Below, piece by piece: positions 48,196 to 61,910 of a stretch of 64,000 bases of DNA. The notes below the pieces were generated by a model that saw only the letters and a list, made by a program, of their open reading frames with translations, searched no databases and was not told where the DNA came from. A program made the position numbers and the translations under genes. This DNA comes from Hemiscyllium ocellatum (Eukaryota): NCBI RefSeq assembly GCF_020745735.1, contig NC_083445.1:1922001-1986000 (forward strand), in the 5' to 3' direction. Each line of letters begins with the position of its first letter. The first letter of the stretch is position 1.

Positions 48196-48850
48196 GGAGG
48201 TGCCGGTGTTGGACTGGGGTGGACAAGTTAAAAATCACACAACACCAGGTAATAGCCAACAGCGCTGCTCCTTTGTCAGTTAGTGAGACAGGATCATAGG
48301 ACACAGAATTTTAGTAAATGATCAGTGTCATACGACTGATGCAATTTATTGAACAAATATACACACACTCTTACACGATCACACACACTTATGCAGACAC
48401 TCTCTCATCCACACACATTCTCTCAGATGTGCACACACCCTCTTACAGATATATACTCCAACACACACACACACACACACAGTATTGAGCATGCACAAAT
48501 ACAGACACACACACTCACATATGCACATTCACTCACACACTCTCTCCCTGTTTCTCACACACCTACTCTCCCTCCCTCACATGCATGCACGCACACATAT
48601 AAGTCCATGGGGTGCATTTGCTTTTGCAGAATTATATTTGCAGATATATGCTATTTTGCTGAAAAAGCACACAGTCTGTAGGCAGTCAGTCCACATCGGA
48701 TTTGATAAATTCCTACTTTGGAAATAGAACCAGTCTGACTCAAGTTTGGGATACAGACAGACTGTAACCTCACACCTTTAATGTATTGTCTGAGATGAGA
48801 CATCACTTTTTTAAAATAAAACCTTATGGTGTCTTGGGAATGTGACTTAG
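48195..48850 (-). mobile_element. Second-family PLE-type element with a CA-rich tract (about 48355-48600)
   Basis: GGAGGTGCCGGTGTTGGACTGGGG...AATCACACAACACCAGG terminus; homologous to 56553-57063. Confidence 0.75.
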
Positions 48851-51800
48851 CATCATAGAGTCATAGAGATGTACAACATAGAAACAAACCGTTCGGTGCA
48901 GCCCATCCATGCCGACCAGATATCCCAACCCAATCTACTCCCACCTGCCAGCACCCAGCCCATATCCCACCAAACCCTTCCTATTCATATACCCATCCAA
49001 ATGCCTCTTAAATATTGCAATTGTACCAGCCTCCACCACATTATCTGGCAGCTCATTCCATACCTGTACCACCCTCTGCGTGAAAACGTTGCCCCATTGG
49101 TCTCTTTTATATCTTCCCCCTCTCACCCTAAACCTATGCCCTCTAGTTCTGGACTCACCAACCCCAGAGAAAAGACTTTGTCTATTTATCCTATCCATGC
49201 CCCTCATAATTTTGTCAACCTCTTTAAGGTCACCCCTCAGCCTCCGACGCTCCTGGGAAAACAACCCCAGCCTGTTCAGCCTCTCCCTATAGCTCAAATC
49301 TTCCAACCCTGGCAACATCCCTGTAAATCTTTTCTGAACCCTTTCAAGTTTCACAACATCTTTTCGATAGGAAGGAGACCAGAATTGCACACAATATTCC
49401 AACAGTGGCCGAACCAATTTCCTGTACAGCTGCAACATGACCTCCCAACTCCTGTACTCAATACTCTGACCAATAAAGGAAAGCATACCAAATGCCTTCT
49501 TCACTATCCTACCTACCTGCGACTCCATTTTCAAGGAGCTATGAACCTGCACTCCAAGGTCTTTTTGTTCAACAACACTCTCTAGGACCTTACCATTAAG
49601 TGTATAAGTTCTGCTAAGATTTGCTTTCCCTAAATGCAGCACCTCACATTTATCTGAATTAAACTTCATCTGCCACTTCTCAGACCATTGGCCCATCTGG
49701 TCCAGATCCTGTTGTAATCTGAGGTATACCCTCTTCGCTGTCCACTACACCTCCAATTTCAGTGTCATGTGCAAACTTTCTAACTGTACCTCTTATGCTC
49801 GCATCCAAATCATTTATGTAAATGACAAAAAGTAGAGGATCCAGCACCGATCTTTGTGGCACTCCACTGGTCACAGGCCTCCAGTCTGAAAAACAACCCC
49901 CCACCACCACCCTCTGTCTTCTACCTTTGAGCCAGTTCTATATCCAAATGGCTAGTTCTCCCTGTATTCCATGAGATCTAACCTTGCTAATCGGTCTCCC
50001 ATGGGGAACCTTGTCGAATACCTTACTGAAGTCCATATAGATCACATCTACTGCTCTGCCCTCATCAATCTTCTTTGTTACCTCTTCAAAAAATTCAATC
50101 AAGTTTGTGAGACATGATTTGCCATGCACAAAGCCATGTTGACTATCCCTAATCAGTCCTTGACTTTCCAAATACATGTACTTCCTGTCCCTCAGGATTC
50201 CCTCCAACAATGTGCCCACCACTGAGGTCAGGCTCACCGGTCTATAGTTCCCTGGCTTGTCTTTACCGCCCTTCTTAAACAGTGGCACCACGTTTGCCAA
50301 CCTCCAGTCTATGGCACCTCACCTGTGACTATCGATGATACAAATATCTGAGCAAGAGGTCCAGCAATCACTTTTCTAGCTTCCCACAGAGCTCTCGGGT
50401 ACACCTGATCAGATCCTGGGGATTTATCCAACTTTAACCGTTTCAAGGCATCCAATACTTCCCCCTCTGTAATCTGGACATTGTGCAAGGTGTCACCATC
50501 TATTTCCCTATAGTCTATATCTTCCATATCCTCTTCCACAGTAAATACTGATGCAAAATATTCATTTAGTATCTCCCCCATTTTCTGTGGCTACACACAA
50601 AGGCTGCCTTGCTGATCTTTAAGGGGCCCTATTTCTCTCCCTAGTTACTCTTTTGTCCTTAATATATTTGTAAAAACCCTTTGGATTCTCCTTAATTCTA
50701 TTTGCCAAAGCTATCTCATGTCCCTGTTTTGCTCTCCTGATTTCCCTCTTAAGTATACTCCTACTTCCTTTATACTCTTCTAAGGATTCCCCCGACCTAT
50801 CCTGTCTGTACCTGACATATGCTTCCTTCTTTTTCTGAACCAAACCCTCAATTTCTTTAGGCATCCAGCATTCCCTATACCTACCAGCCTTCCCTTTCAC
50901 CCTGACAGGAATATACTTTCTCTGGATTCTTGTTATCTCATTTCTGAAGGCTTCCCATTTTCCAGCCGTCCCTTTACCTGTGAACATCTGCCTCCAATCA
51001 GCTTTCGAAAGTTCTTGCCTAATACTGTCAAAATTGGCCTTTCTCCAGTTTAGAACTTCAACTTTTAGATCTGGTCTATCTTTTTCCATCACTCTTTTAA
51101 AACAAATAGAATTATGGTCGCTGGCCCCAAAGTGCTCCCCCACTGACACCTCAGTCACCTGCCCTGCCTTATTTCCCAAGAGTAGGTCAAGTTTTGCACC
51201 TTCTCTAGTAGGTACATCCACATACTGAATCAGAAAATTGTCTTGTATGCACTTAAGAAATTCCTCTCCATCTAAACCTTTAACACTATGGCAGTCCCAG
51301 TCAATGTTTGGAAAGTTAAAATCCCCTACCGTAACTACCCAATTATTCTTACAGATAAGAATCTTACAGATGAGATCTCCTTACAAGTTTGTTTCTCAAT
51401 TTCCCTCTGATTATTGGGGGATCTATAATACAATCCCAAAATGCTTATCATCCCTTTCTTATTTCTCAGTTCCACCGAAATAACTTCCCCGGATCTATTT
51501 CCGGGAATATCCTCCCTCAGCACAGCTGTAATGCTATCCCTTATCAAAAATGCCACTCCTCCTCCTCTCTTGCCTCCCTTTCTATCCTTCCTGTAGCATT
51601 TGTATCCTGGAACATTAAGCTGCCAGAAATGCCCATCCCTGAGCCATGTTTCCGTATTTGCTATGATATCCCAGTCCCATGTTCCTAACCATACCCTGAG
51701 TTCATCTGCCTTCCCCGTTAGGCCCCTTGCATTGAAATAAATGTAGTTTAATTTATTAGTCCTATCTTGTCCCTGCCTGCCCTGACTGTTTGACTCGCTT

Positions 51801-52195
51801 TTGTTCTCAGCTGTACCCATCTCAGATCGATCTCTTTCCTCACTATGTCCCTGGGTCCCACCCCCTCCCCTTACTAGTTTACATCCTCCCAAGCAGTTCT
51901 AGCAAATTTCCCTGCTAGTATATCAGTCACCTTCCAATTTAGGTGCAATCCGTCCTTCTTGTACAGGTCACTTCTACCCCAAAAGAGATTCCAATGATCC
52001 AAAAATGTGAATCCTTCTCCTATACACCAGCTCCTCAGCCATGCATTCATCTGCTGTATCCTATTCCTGCCTTCACTAGCTCGTAGCACTGGGAGTAATC
52101 CAGATATTACTACCCTTGAGGACCTCCTTTTTAAATTTTTGCCAAACTATCTGTAATCTCCCTTCAGAGTCTCAACTTTTTCCCTTCCTATGCTG
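48851..52195 (-). mobile_element. Near-complete CR1 LINE (ORF1 esterase C-terminus + ORF2 EN/RT), disabled
   Basis: ORF1: NAWLRSWC..EGFTFLDHW...KDGLHLN (SGNH-like). EN: YFNARGL..KADEL...ANTETWL. RT: GNYRPVSLTSV, YMDFSKVFDKVPH, KFAHDT. The 3' tail CTCTATGACTCTATG is at 48851. Confidence 0.94.
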
Positions 52196-52445
52196 AAAGA
52201 AGTTCTGGGATTTACATTTTAATGAATGAAACCGTGCATCCCATTCTAAGTGATTAAAGACTGAACAACAATCAAAGTTTGTTCAATACATTGCATCAGT
52301 TGTGTGACACTTTGATCTTTTACTCTCAATTCTGTGTCCTATGATCCTACCCCACTAGCTACCAGATGAAGGAGCAATCTCCAAAAGCTCGTGCTTCCAA
52401 ACAAACCTGTTGAACTATAACCTGGTGTTGTGTGATTTTTAACAC
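52196..52445 (+). mobile_element. Second-family PLE-type 3' terminus
   Basis: ...CCAGATGAAGGAGCAATCTCCAAAAGCTCGTG...CTGTTGAACTATAACCTGGTGTTGTGTGATTTT (decayed hammerhead). Confidence 0.75.
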
Positions 52446-52669
52446 TAGTTAGGCCACAGTTAGTACTGTGTTCAGTTTTGGTCACCACACTATTGGAAAG
52501 ATGTGATTGCATTGGAGGGGGTGCAGAGGAGATTCAGCAGGATGTTGCCTGGCTATGCAACTCAGTGATGAAAAGAGACAAGATGGGCTGGGGTTGTTTT
52601 CCTGAGAGCACAGAAGACTGAAGGGGGACCTGGTTGAGGTGTACACAATTGGGGGGCATAAATAAATTT

Positions 52670-53000
52670 GGGGTGGCATGGTGGTTCAGTGGTTAGTATT
52701 GCTGCCTCACAGTGCCAGGGACCTGTGTTTGATTCCCAGCTTGGGTGACTGTCAAAGTAGAGATTGCACGTTCTCACTGTGTCTGCGTGGGTTTCCTCTG
52801 GGTGCTCCGGTTTCCCCCATAATCCAAAGATGTGCAGTTTAGGTGACTTGGCCATGCTAAATTGCCCATAGTGTTAGGTGCTTTAGTCAGGGTAAATACA
52901 GGGTAGGGGAATGGGTCTGGGTGGGTTACTTTTTGGAGGTTTGGTGTGGACTTGCTGGGCTAAAGGGCCTGTTTTGCACACTATAGTGAATCTAATCTAA
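52670..53000 (+). mobile_element. HE1-type SINE inside a CR1 3' fragment (52450-53130)
   Basis: GGGGTGGCATGGTGGTTCAGTGG head, V-domain core, ATCTAATCTAA tail. Confidence 0.85.
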
Positions 53001-53149
53001 AGGAGACGGGAAGAAACCTTTCCTCTCAAGAGAGGTGATTTAAGGCATATTTTCTTCACCAGAGGGTGGGTGGTGGGTTACTGGAAGTCGCTACCTGAAA
53101 AGATGATAGAAACAGGTTTAACTTTCCAAACGCTGACTAGGTTTTCTCA

Positions 53150-56100
53150 TAGTCAAAAGTGAGGGCTGCAGATGCTGGAGATTAGAGAGTGTGGTGCTGG
53201 AAAAGCACAGCACGTCAGGCAGCATCTGAGGAGCAGGAGAATCGATGTTTCAGGCAAAAGCCTTTCATCAGGAATGGCAAAATGATGAGGATTCTCATCG
53301 TGTTAAGAATGGGGAGGACTTTGTTAAGTGTGTACAGGAAAACATCCTTATTCAACATGTGCATGTATCTATTAGAAAGAGCAATGTTCGGAAACAAAGC
53401 AGGGCAAGTGACTGAGGTGTCAGTGGAGGAGCACTTTGAAGCAAGTGATCATAATTTTATTTGTCTTAAAATAATTATAAAAAGTATAGAACTGGTCAAA
53501 AAGTTAAAGCTCTAAGTTAGGGCAAGGCCAATGTTGATGGTATTATGTTCCTGTTCGTGCAAAGGGCAAGGCTGGTAGGTGTAGGGAATGCTGGATGACT
53601 AGAGAAATTGAGGCTCTGGTTAGGAAAAGGAGGCATATGGTGTGTATAGATAGCTGGGATTGAGTGAATCCCTAGACTAGTATGAGGGCAGTAGGAGGGA
53701 AATCAGGAGGGCAAAAAGAGGACAAGTGATAGCTTTGGCAAATGTCTTGGAGAAAGTTAACATTACAGAAGAGGATGTGCTGGAGGTCTTAAAATTAAAA
53801 TAGGCAGATAAATCCCTGAGACTTGATCAAGTGTATCTCAGAACTTTGTGGGAAGCCACAACACAGATTACAGGGTCCCTTGCTGGGATGGAATCCCTAC
53901 AATCTGGATATTTGTATCATCAATAGGGTGGGCACTGGAAGACTGGAGTTTGGCTAATGTGGTGACATTATTTAAGAAGAGGATGTAAGGAAAAAGTGGG
54001 GAATTATAGACTGATGAGCCTTACGTCAGTGGTGGTGGGGGGGGGGGCACGGGGGGCAAGTTGTTGGAGGAGATTCTGAGGAACAGGATCAATATGCATT
54101 TGGAAAAGCAAAGACTGATTAGGGATCATCAACATGGCTTGGTGCATGGGAAATTGTGTCTCGCTAATTAGGTAGAACATAGATCAGTACAGCCCAGTAC
54201 AGGCCCTTCAGCCCTCGATGTTGTGCCGAACTGGAAGATCAAACTAACTTACATTCCCTTCATTCCACTACCTATGTACCTATCCAAGAGTCGCTTAGAT
54301 GTCCCTGATGTATCTGACACTACTACCATTGCTGGCAGTGCATTCTACACACGCACCAGTCTCTGTGTAAAGTACCTACCTCTGACATCTCCCCTAAACC
54401 TTCCTCCAATCACCTTAAAATTATGCCTCTCATGATAGCCATTTCCGCCCTAGTAAAAATTCTTGGACTATTCACTCTATCTATACCTCTAATCATCTTG
54501 TACACCTCTATCAAGTCACCTCTCATCCTTCTACACTCCAATGAGAAAAACCTTTGCTCCCTCAACTTTCTTCATAAGACATGCCCTCCAGTCCAGGCAG
54601 CATCCTGGTAAATCTCCTCTGCACTCTCTATAAAGCTTCCACATCCTTCCACTAACGAGGCGATCAGAACTGAACACAATATTCCAAGTGTGGTCTAACC
54701 AGGGCTCTACAGAGCTGCAGCACAACTTTACAGCTCTTAAACTCAATCCCCCTGCTAATGAAAGGCAACACACCGTGTAACTTCTTAACAACCCTATCAA
54801 TTTAGGTGACAAATTTGAGGGATCTATGGACATAGACCCCAAGATTCCTCTGTTTCTCCACATTGCCAAGAATCCTGCCTTTAATCCTGTATTTTGTATT
54901 CAAATTCAAACTTCCAAAATGAATCATTTCACATTTTTTCAGGTTGAACTCCATCTGCCACTTCTCAGCCCTTCTCTGCATCCTGTCAATGTCCTATTGC
55001 AACCTACAACAGCCCTCCAAACTATCAACCACTCCACCAACGGTCATGTCATTGGCAAACTTATTAACCCACCCTTCTACTTCCTCACCAAGTCATTTCT
55101 AAAAATCACAAAGAGCAGAAGTCCCAGAACAGATCCCTGTGGAACATCACTGGTCACTGAGCTCTAGGCTGAATACTTTCCATCTACTACCACACTCTGT
55201 CCTCTACTGGCCAGCCAATTCTGTGTCCAGACAGGAAATATCCCTGTATTCTATTCCTCCTTACTTTCTGAATGCCCCTATCATGAGGTACCTTATCAAT
55301 GCTTTGCTAAAATCCATTTACATCATATCCATTGCTCTACCTTCATCAATGTGTTTTGTCATATCCTTCAATAAGTCTTGCGAGGCATGACCTGCCACTC
55401 ACAAAGCCATGCTATCTTTAATGAAACTATGGTTTTCCAAGTAATCATCAGTCCTGTCTTTCAGAATCCTCTCCAATAATTTGCCCACTACAGACATAAG
55501 ACTGACTGGTCTGTAATTCCCAGAATTATCCCTATTCGCTTTCTAAACAAGGGAATAACATTTGCCACCCTCCAATCATCTGCTACTACTCCAGTGGACA
55601 GTGAGGACACAGATCATCCCCAAAGGCACAGCAATCTCTTCCCTTGCTCCCTGTAGTAATCTTAGGTATATCCCATCTGGCCCATCTTTTCAGCACATCC
55701 TCTTTCTTAACATCAACCTGTTGAAGCATGTCAGCCTGTTTTATGCTCTCCTCACAAAGGTAAAAGTCCCTCTCAGTAATGATTACTGAAGCAAAGTAAT
55801 CATGAAGGACCTCCCCTACCTCCTCCGACTCCAGGCACAATGTCCCTCCACTATCCCTGATCTACTTTGACTCTGGCCATCCTCTTGTTCCTCACATAAG
55901 TGTAGAATTCCTTAGGATTTTCCTTAATCAAACCCGCTAAAGTGTTTTCATGCCCCCATCTAACTCTCATAAGTCCATTCTTCAGTTCTTTCCTGGCTAT
56001 CTCGTAAGTCTCCGGAGCCCTGTCTGATCCTTGCCTCCTCAACCTTAAGTAAGCTTCATTCTATCTTTCGATTAGATCTTCCACATTTCTTGTCATCCAA

Positions 56101-56500
56101 GGTTCCTTCACCCTACCATCCCTTCCTTACCTCAGTGGGACAAACCTGTCCAGCATTATCAGCAAGTGCTCCCTAAACAACCTCCACATTTCTGTTGTGC
56201 ATTTTCCTGTTCCCAATTTAGACACAGCAGTTCCAGGGTAATAGTACTGTAATTCCCCCTCTCCTAGTTAAATACTTTCCCAAGCCATCTACCCCTATCC
56301 CTCTCCATGACAATAGGAAAAGTTTCTCACTATCACCAAAATGCTCTCCCACCAAGAGATCTGACACCTGACCTGGTTCGTAGCCAAGTACCAAATCCAA
56401 TATGGCCTCCCCTCTAGCTGGCCTACTTACATGTTGAGTCAGGAAATCTTTCTGAACACACCTGACAAAAATTGCTCCATCCAAACTATTTGAACTGACT
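53150..56500. mobile_element. PLE terminus (- 53150-53280), CR1 fragment (+ 53280-54170) and CR1 (- 54175-56500)
   Basis: PLE end GTGAGGGCTGCAGATGCTGG; CR1 EN/RT motifs on both strands (GEHFEASDHN; LAGLIKENPKEFY; ILDLVLGYEPGQ). Confidence 0.82.
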
Positions 56501-56552
56501 TGATTGAGTTTTTTGAAAAAGTGACAAAGAAAATTGATGAAAGCCATGATAT

Positions 56553-57063
56553 GGAGGTGCCAGTGTTGCATTGGGGTAGACAAAGTTAAAAATCACACAA
56601 CACCAGGTTATAGTCCAACAGGTTTATTTTAAAGTACAAGCTTTCTGAGCACTGCTTCTTCATCAGGTAGCCAGTGGGGCAGGATCATAGGACACAGAAC
56701 TTATAGTGAAAGATCAAAGTGTCATACAACTGATGCAATGTTTTGAACAAACAAATGGCTGTTAAGTCTTTAATCACTTAAAATGGGTTGCAGGTTTCAA
56801 TACATTAATATGTAAATCCCAGAACTTCTTTCAAGTCACTATCATGAGATAACTTAAGGTGTTATAAAAAAGGTGACATCTCAGCTCAGACAATGCATTA
56901 AAGGTGTGAGGTTAGAGTCTTGTCTGTATTCCAATCTTGAATCAGACTGGTTCTATTTCCAAAGTAGGAATTTATAAAATCTCACATGGACTGATTGCCT
57001 ATAGATTGTGTTTTTTTTGAACAATATAGAATATATCTGCAAATACAATTCTGCAACTGCAAA
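56553..57063 (-). mobile_element. Second-family PLE-type element
   Basis: GGAGGTGCCAGTGTTGCATTGGGG...ACACCAGGTTATAGTCCAACAGG...CTTCTTCATCAGG. Confidence 0.75.
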
Positions 57064-57064
57064 A

Positions 57065-60000
57065 ACGTGTGTTTCACAGGGGCAGGAATGGTTGCTTGAT
57101 GTTCCAGGGTTTAGAATGTTTAAAAAGAACAGGGAGGGTGGAAAACGAGGAGGGGGTGTAGCATTGCTAATCAGAGAATGCATCACAGCTACAGAAACGA
57201 AGGTTGTTGAGGAAGGTCTGTCTGCTGAGTCAGAATGGGTGGAAGTCAGGAACAGTAAAGGAGCAGCCACCTCATTGGGGGTTTTCTACAGACCACCTAA
57301 TAGCAGTAGGGAGATTGAAGAACATATAGGCGGGCAGATTCTGGAAAAAGGCAGAGGTAGCAGGGTTGTAGTTATGGGTGATTTCTACTTTCCCAATATT
57401 GACTGGAACCTCTTCAGTTCCAGTGTTTGGATAGAGCCGTTTTTGTCAGGTGTGTTCAGGAGGGTTTCCTTACTCAGTATGTAGACAGATCGATGAGGGG
57501 AGAGGCCATTTTGGATTTGGTGCTCGGTACTGAGCCAGGACAGGTGTCAGATCTAACGGTGGGAGAAGACTTTGGTGACAGTGATCACAACTGCTGAAAA
57601 TTTAATATAGCCTTAGAGAGGGAAAGGGGCAGTTACTGAGGGAAGATACTTAATTGGTGAAAAGGAAATTATGACGCTATTAGATAGGTGTTGGGAAGTA
57701 CGGACTGGGAGCAATTGTTCCACAGAAAGGACACAGCAGACATGTGGAGGCTGTTTAAGGAGCAGTTGTTGTGAGTGATGCACACATTTATTCCTCTGAG
57801 ACAGATAAGAAGGGGATAAAATTAAGGAACCTTGGATGATGAGAACAGAGGAGCTTCTCGTCAAAAGGAAGAAGGCAGCTTACACAAGGCGGAGGAAACA
57901 AGGATCCAACATAGCTCTAGAGGAGTACAGGCTTGTAAGAAGGACTGAGGAGAGCCAGGAGGGGGCATGAAAAAGGCTTGGCAAATAGGATTAGGGAGAA
58001 CCCAAAGGCATTTTACTCATTCGTGAGGAATAAGAGAATGATCAGAGAGAAGGTAGGGCCGATCAGGGATAGCCTAAAGAACTTGTGCATGGAGTCTGAG
58101 CAGATAGGGGAAGCCCTAAATGAGTATTTTGCTTCAGTTTTCTCCAAGGAAAGGGACCTTGTTGTGAATGAGAACTTTGAGGAGCTAGGATACAGGCTTG
58201 ACCAGATCAAGGTTGATGAAGTTGATGTGCTGGAAATTTTGGAAAACATTACCATTGATAAGTTCCCAGGGCCAGACCAGATTTATCCTACGTTGCTTCG
58301 GGAAGCAAGAAAGGAGGTTGCTAAGCTGATGGCGAAGATCTTTGCCTCCTCACTCTCCACGGAAGTCGTACTGGAGTATTGGAAGGAGGCGAATGTTGTT
58401 CCTCTTTTCAAGAAAAGTAATAGGGAAAACCCTAGCAATTACAGACCAGTCAGTCTTACGTCTTTGGTCAGCAAAGTTTTGGAAAGAATTCTGAGGGATA
58501 GGATCTGAGAATATTTGGCAAAGGATAGCGTGATTAAAGGCAGTCAGTATGGCTTTGTGAGGGGCAGGTCATGCCTCACAAATCCTATTAGGTTCTTCGA
58601 GGAGGTGACAAGACAGGTCGACAAAAGTCAAACAGTGAATGTGGTGTATAGACTTCAGCAAAGCATTTGATAAGGTCCTCCATGGTAGGCTCATTCATAA
58701 AGTCAGGAAGTATGGGATACAGGGAGATTTGGCGATCTGGATTCAGAATTGGCAGGCTGACAGAAGGCAGAGAGTGGTTGTAGATGGAAAGTATTCTGCC
58801 TGGAGGCCAGTGTTGAGTGGGGTTCCGCAGGGCTCTGTTCTTGAGCCTCTGCTTTTACTAGTTTTTATAAATGACTTGGACGAGGAAATTGAGGGGTGGG
58901 TTACCTCCCTGACCTATCACCTCCATCCCCACCCCCATTCACCTATTGTACTCTATGCTACTTTCTCCCCACCCCCTACCCTCCTCTCATTTATCTCTCC
59001 ACCCTGCAGGCACTCTGCCTCTACGCCTGATGAAGGGCTTTTGCCCGAAACGTCGATTTTCCTGCTCCTCAGATGCTGCCTGAACTGCTGTGCTTTTGCA
59101 GCACCACTCTAATCGAGAACCTGTTGGACTATAACCTGGTGTTGGGTGATTCTTAAGACTGATAAAAGCAGAGCAGTAGACATTGTCTAAATGGACTTCA
59201 GCAAAGCGTTCAACAAGGTTTCACAATTGGCTTGAAGGTAGGAGACAGAAGATGGTGGGGGAGAGTTGTTTTTCAGACTGGAGGCCTATGATCAGCGGTA
59301 TGCCACAAGGATCAATGCTGGATTCACAGGGTTTTGTCATTTATATAGAAATTTCAGATCTGAATATAGCAAGTATGGTTGGTGAGTTTGTAGATGACAC
59401 CAGAATTGGTTGTATAGTGGACAGTGAGTAAGATTATCTCAGAGTACGATGGGACCTTGGTCAGATAGGCCAATCGGTTGAGAAGTAGCAGATAGAGTTT
59501 AATTTGGATAAATGTGAGGTATTGCATTTTGGCAAGCTAAGCAAGGGCATGAGTTATACAATTAATGTTAGGGAGTACTGCCAAACAAAGAGATCTAGAG
59601 GTGGATATGCATAGTCACTCGAAGTGTAATACACAGGTAGACAGGGTGGTGAAGAAGGAGTTTAGTATGCTTGTCTTCATTGGTCAGAACACTGAGTATA
59701 GGAGTTGGATGCCATGTTGTGGCTGTACTGGACATTGGTGAGACCACTTTTAGAATACTGTTTACAATTCTGGTTGTCCATCTATAGGAAGGATGTTGTT
59801 AAACTTGAGAAGGTGCAGAAAAATTTACAAGGATGTTGCCGGGATTGGAGGGTTTGAGCTATAGGCAGGGACACAATACCATTGGAGGCTGAAGGTGACC
59901 TTGTAAAGGTTTATAAAATCATAAGGGACATAGATAGGGTGAATAGCCAAGGTCGTTTTCCCTGGGTAGGGGTGTCCAAAACTAGAGGGCATAGGTTTAA

Positions 60001-60262
60001 GGTGAAAGAGGAAAGATTTAAAAAGGACCTGAGGGATCACTTTTTCAAGCAGATGGTGGTGCGTGCATGGAACAAGCTGCCAGAGGAAACAATGGAGGTG
60101 GATACAATTCCAACATTTAAAAGACTTCTGGATGGATATATAAATAGGAAGGGTTCAGAGGGGATATGGACAAAATGATGGCAAATGGGATTAGGTCAGA
60201 TTGGGATGGTGCGGATAAGTGGACTGGAGGGACTTTTTCCATGCTTATGAATCTATGACTCC
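57065..60262 (+). mobile_element. CR1 LINE pieces (EN to 3' end) with an inserted PLE terminus at about 58905-59120
   Basis: [59 protein letters not shown]. The PLE hammerhead core CTGATGAAGGGCTTTTGCCCGAAACGTC is at 59027-59054. Confidence 0.88.
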
Positions 60263-61637
60263 AAGAGTCCCCAAGATAATTAAGAAGATTTTTAAAATAT
60301 AAACACTTGAAACATGTTAGATTCCAAGGCTATGGGCTAACTGCTAGATAATGGATAAGAATAAACAGATGCCTGATGATCGACATGGACACAAGGGGTC
60401 CAGTGGTCCCTTCCCTGCTGTACAACTCTATGGTTCTTCTGGGAAAAAAAAAAATTGGTTGTGGGCTAGAAACCTGTGGTGAATTCAGAAAAGCAAATAA
60501 GCTTGGATGGCAAAAATGACCACAGTTTAGATCATTTTAATGTGAGGAGTATAATAAATAGGACAGACCAGCTGAGGGCAGTATGATACCATACATGTCT
60601 TAAAGAGGGTCAGGAAGGATTTCTGGTTCCACAGCTTTCCGACATGATAGAGAGGGATTGATCAGAAAACTGGGTAGCAATTGAGGTTGAAGAAACAATC
60701 ATATTTTTAAGGAGGGATGACAAATTGGAAACATCATCATATGAAGCCACATGGATTGCACTAAGTAACATAAAAAGGGCAGCTAAACTCTTGGGAATGT
60801 ACAACAGATTTCTAGAGGGAGACAGAAGAACAAAGATGTTGGCAAACTCTCAGAAGTGCAAAAACAACAAAGTAGTAATAGTTTGTTTTTTTTAATACCC
60901 CAATATTAACTGAAATAGTTTTAATGTGAAAGGAATGGAGGGAACTGAATTCATTAAGTGTATTCATAGAATCATAGAGATGTACAGCATGGAACCAGAT
61001 CCTTCGGTCCAACCCTTCCATGCTGACCTGTTCAGAGGCATTCTTTCAATATTTGCTCTGGGAATTGTAGTTTTTAAAATCAAAAACAATACTGTGCTCA
61101 GTACAGAGATCACAGATACAGTTGATTAAGGCAAGTAAATGTGAATTGTCGAAGAAAAGATTCTTTGAAGTAGTCATGCTGAAGAATCCACACAAAAGAC
61201 ACTGGGGTAAGTCCCTCAGCCCTCTGTGCTATGACAACAGGTTGAAAGGCAACAAAGCTGGCAATATAGTGGGCAAGGTATCAGGATGGGAGGCCAAAAT
61301 CCTCCTGTTACCATGACATATTGTCAGTAGAAGGAGAGGGCAGCTATTTGAATGGCTCATTTAAAGACCACTTCCTGCCCTCAGGCTTCCTGCAACTTCC
61401 AGGGGAGGGTAGCTCTTCTTAAATGGTACTGCATGGTCCATGCATTGAACTGCACATGTGTGGACTTTGGAAGTTGCTGTCTGACTACTCTTCAATGAAG
61501 GTAAGCTCTGATTACCTCATTTCTACGAAATGTGTCAGTATGTTTTATTTTGTTTCTTGTTTTTACCTCTGGAAGTTACTCTGAATACGAAATAGATTCA
61601 GTGCCAATGTATTGACTGTGATTTGTTTACTTGGCAG

Positions 61638-61910
61638 TAAATGTGGCAGGAATTGACATTTGGATCGACGTAACCCCTCAAGTTCTGGAATATGGAGACT
61701 CATTGAAGGCAAACTGCAGTACATCATGTGTGGATTCAAACCCATTAATTGTCCTGGAATATAAATCAGGGTTAAGTCCTCAGAGAAAACGTGAAAGTAC
61801 ATGGATATCAGACTTCTTCCCAAATGTCACAGCATGGGATATTTCTGTCCCTTGTTTTGTGAATTGTAAGAATGAACACATTTCAGACAAGAAAGTGGTC
61901 CCTGTTTACA
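61638..61910 (+). CDS. ICAM-like gene 2, exon 2 (N-terminal Ig domain D1)
   Basis: Acceptor tttacttggcAG, donor GTAAGT at 61911, 273 nt, phase 1-1. INVAGIDIWIDVTPQVLEYGDSLKANCSTSCVDSNPLIVLEYK...W...NVT..ISVPCFVNCKNEH...VVPVY has the paired Cx3C/Cx3C cysteines diagnostic of ICAM/VCAM/MAdCAM D1. Confidence 0.92.
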
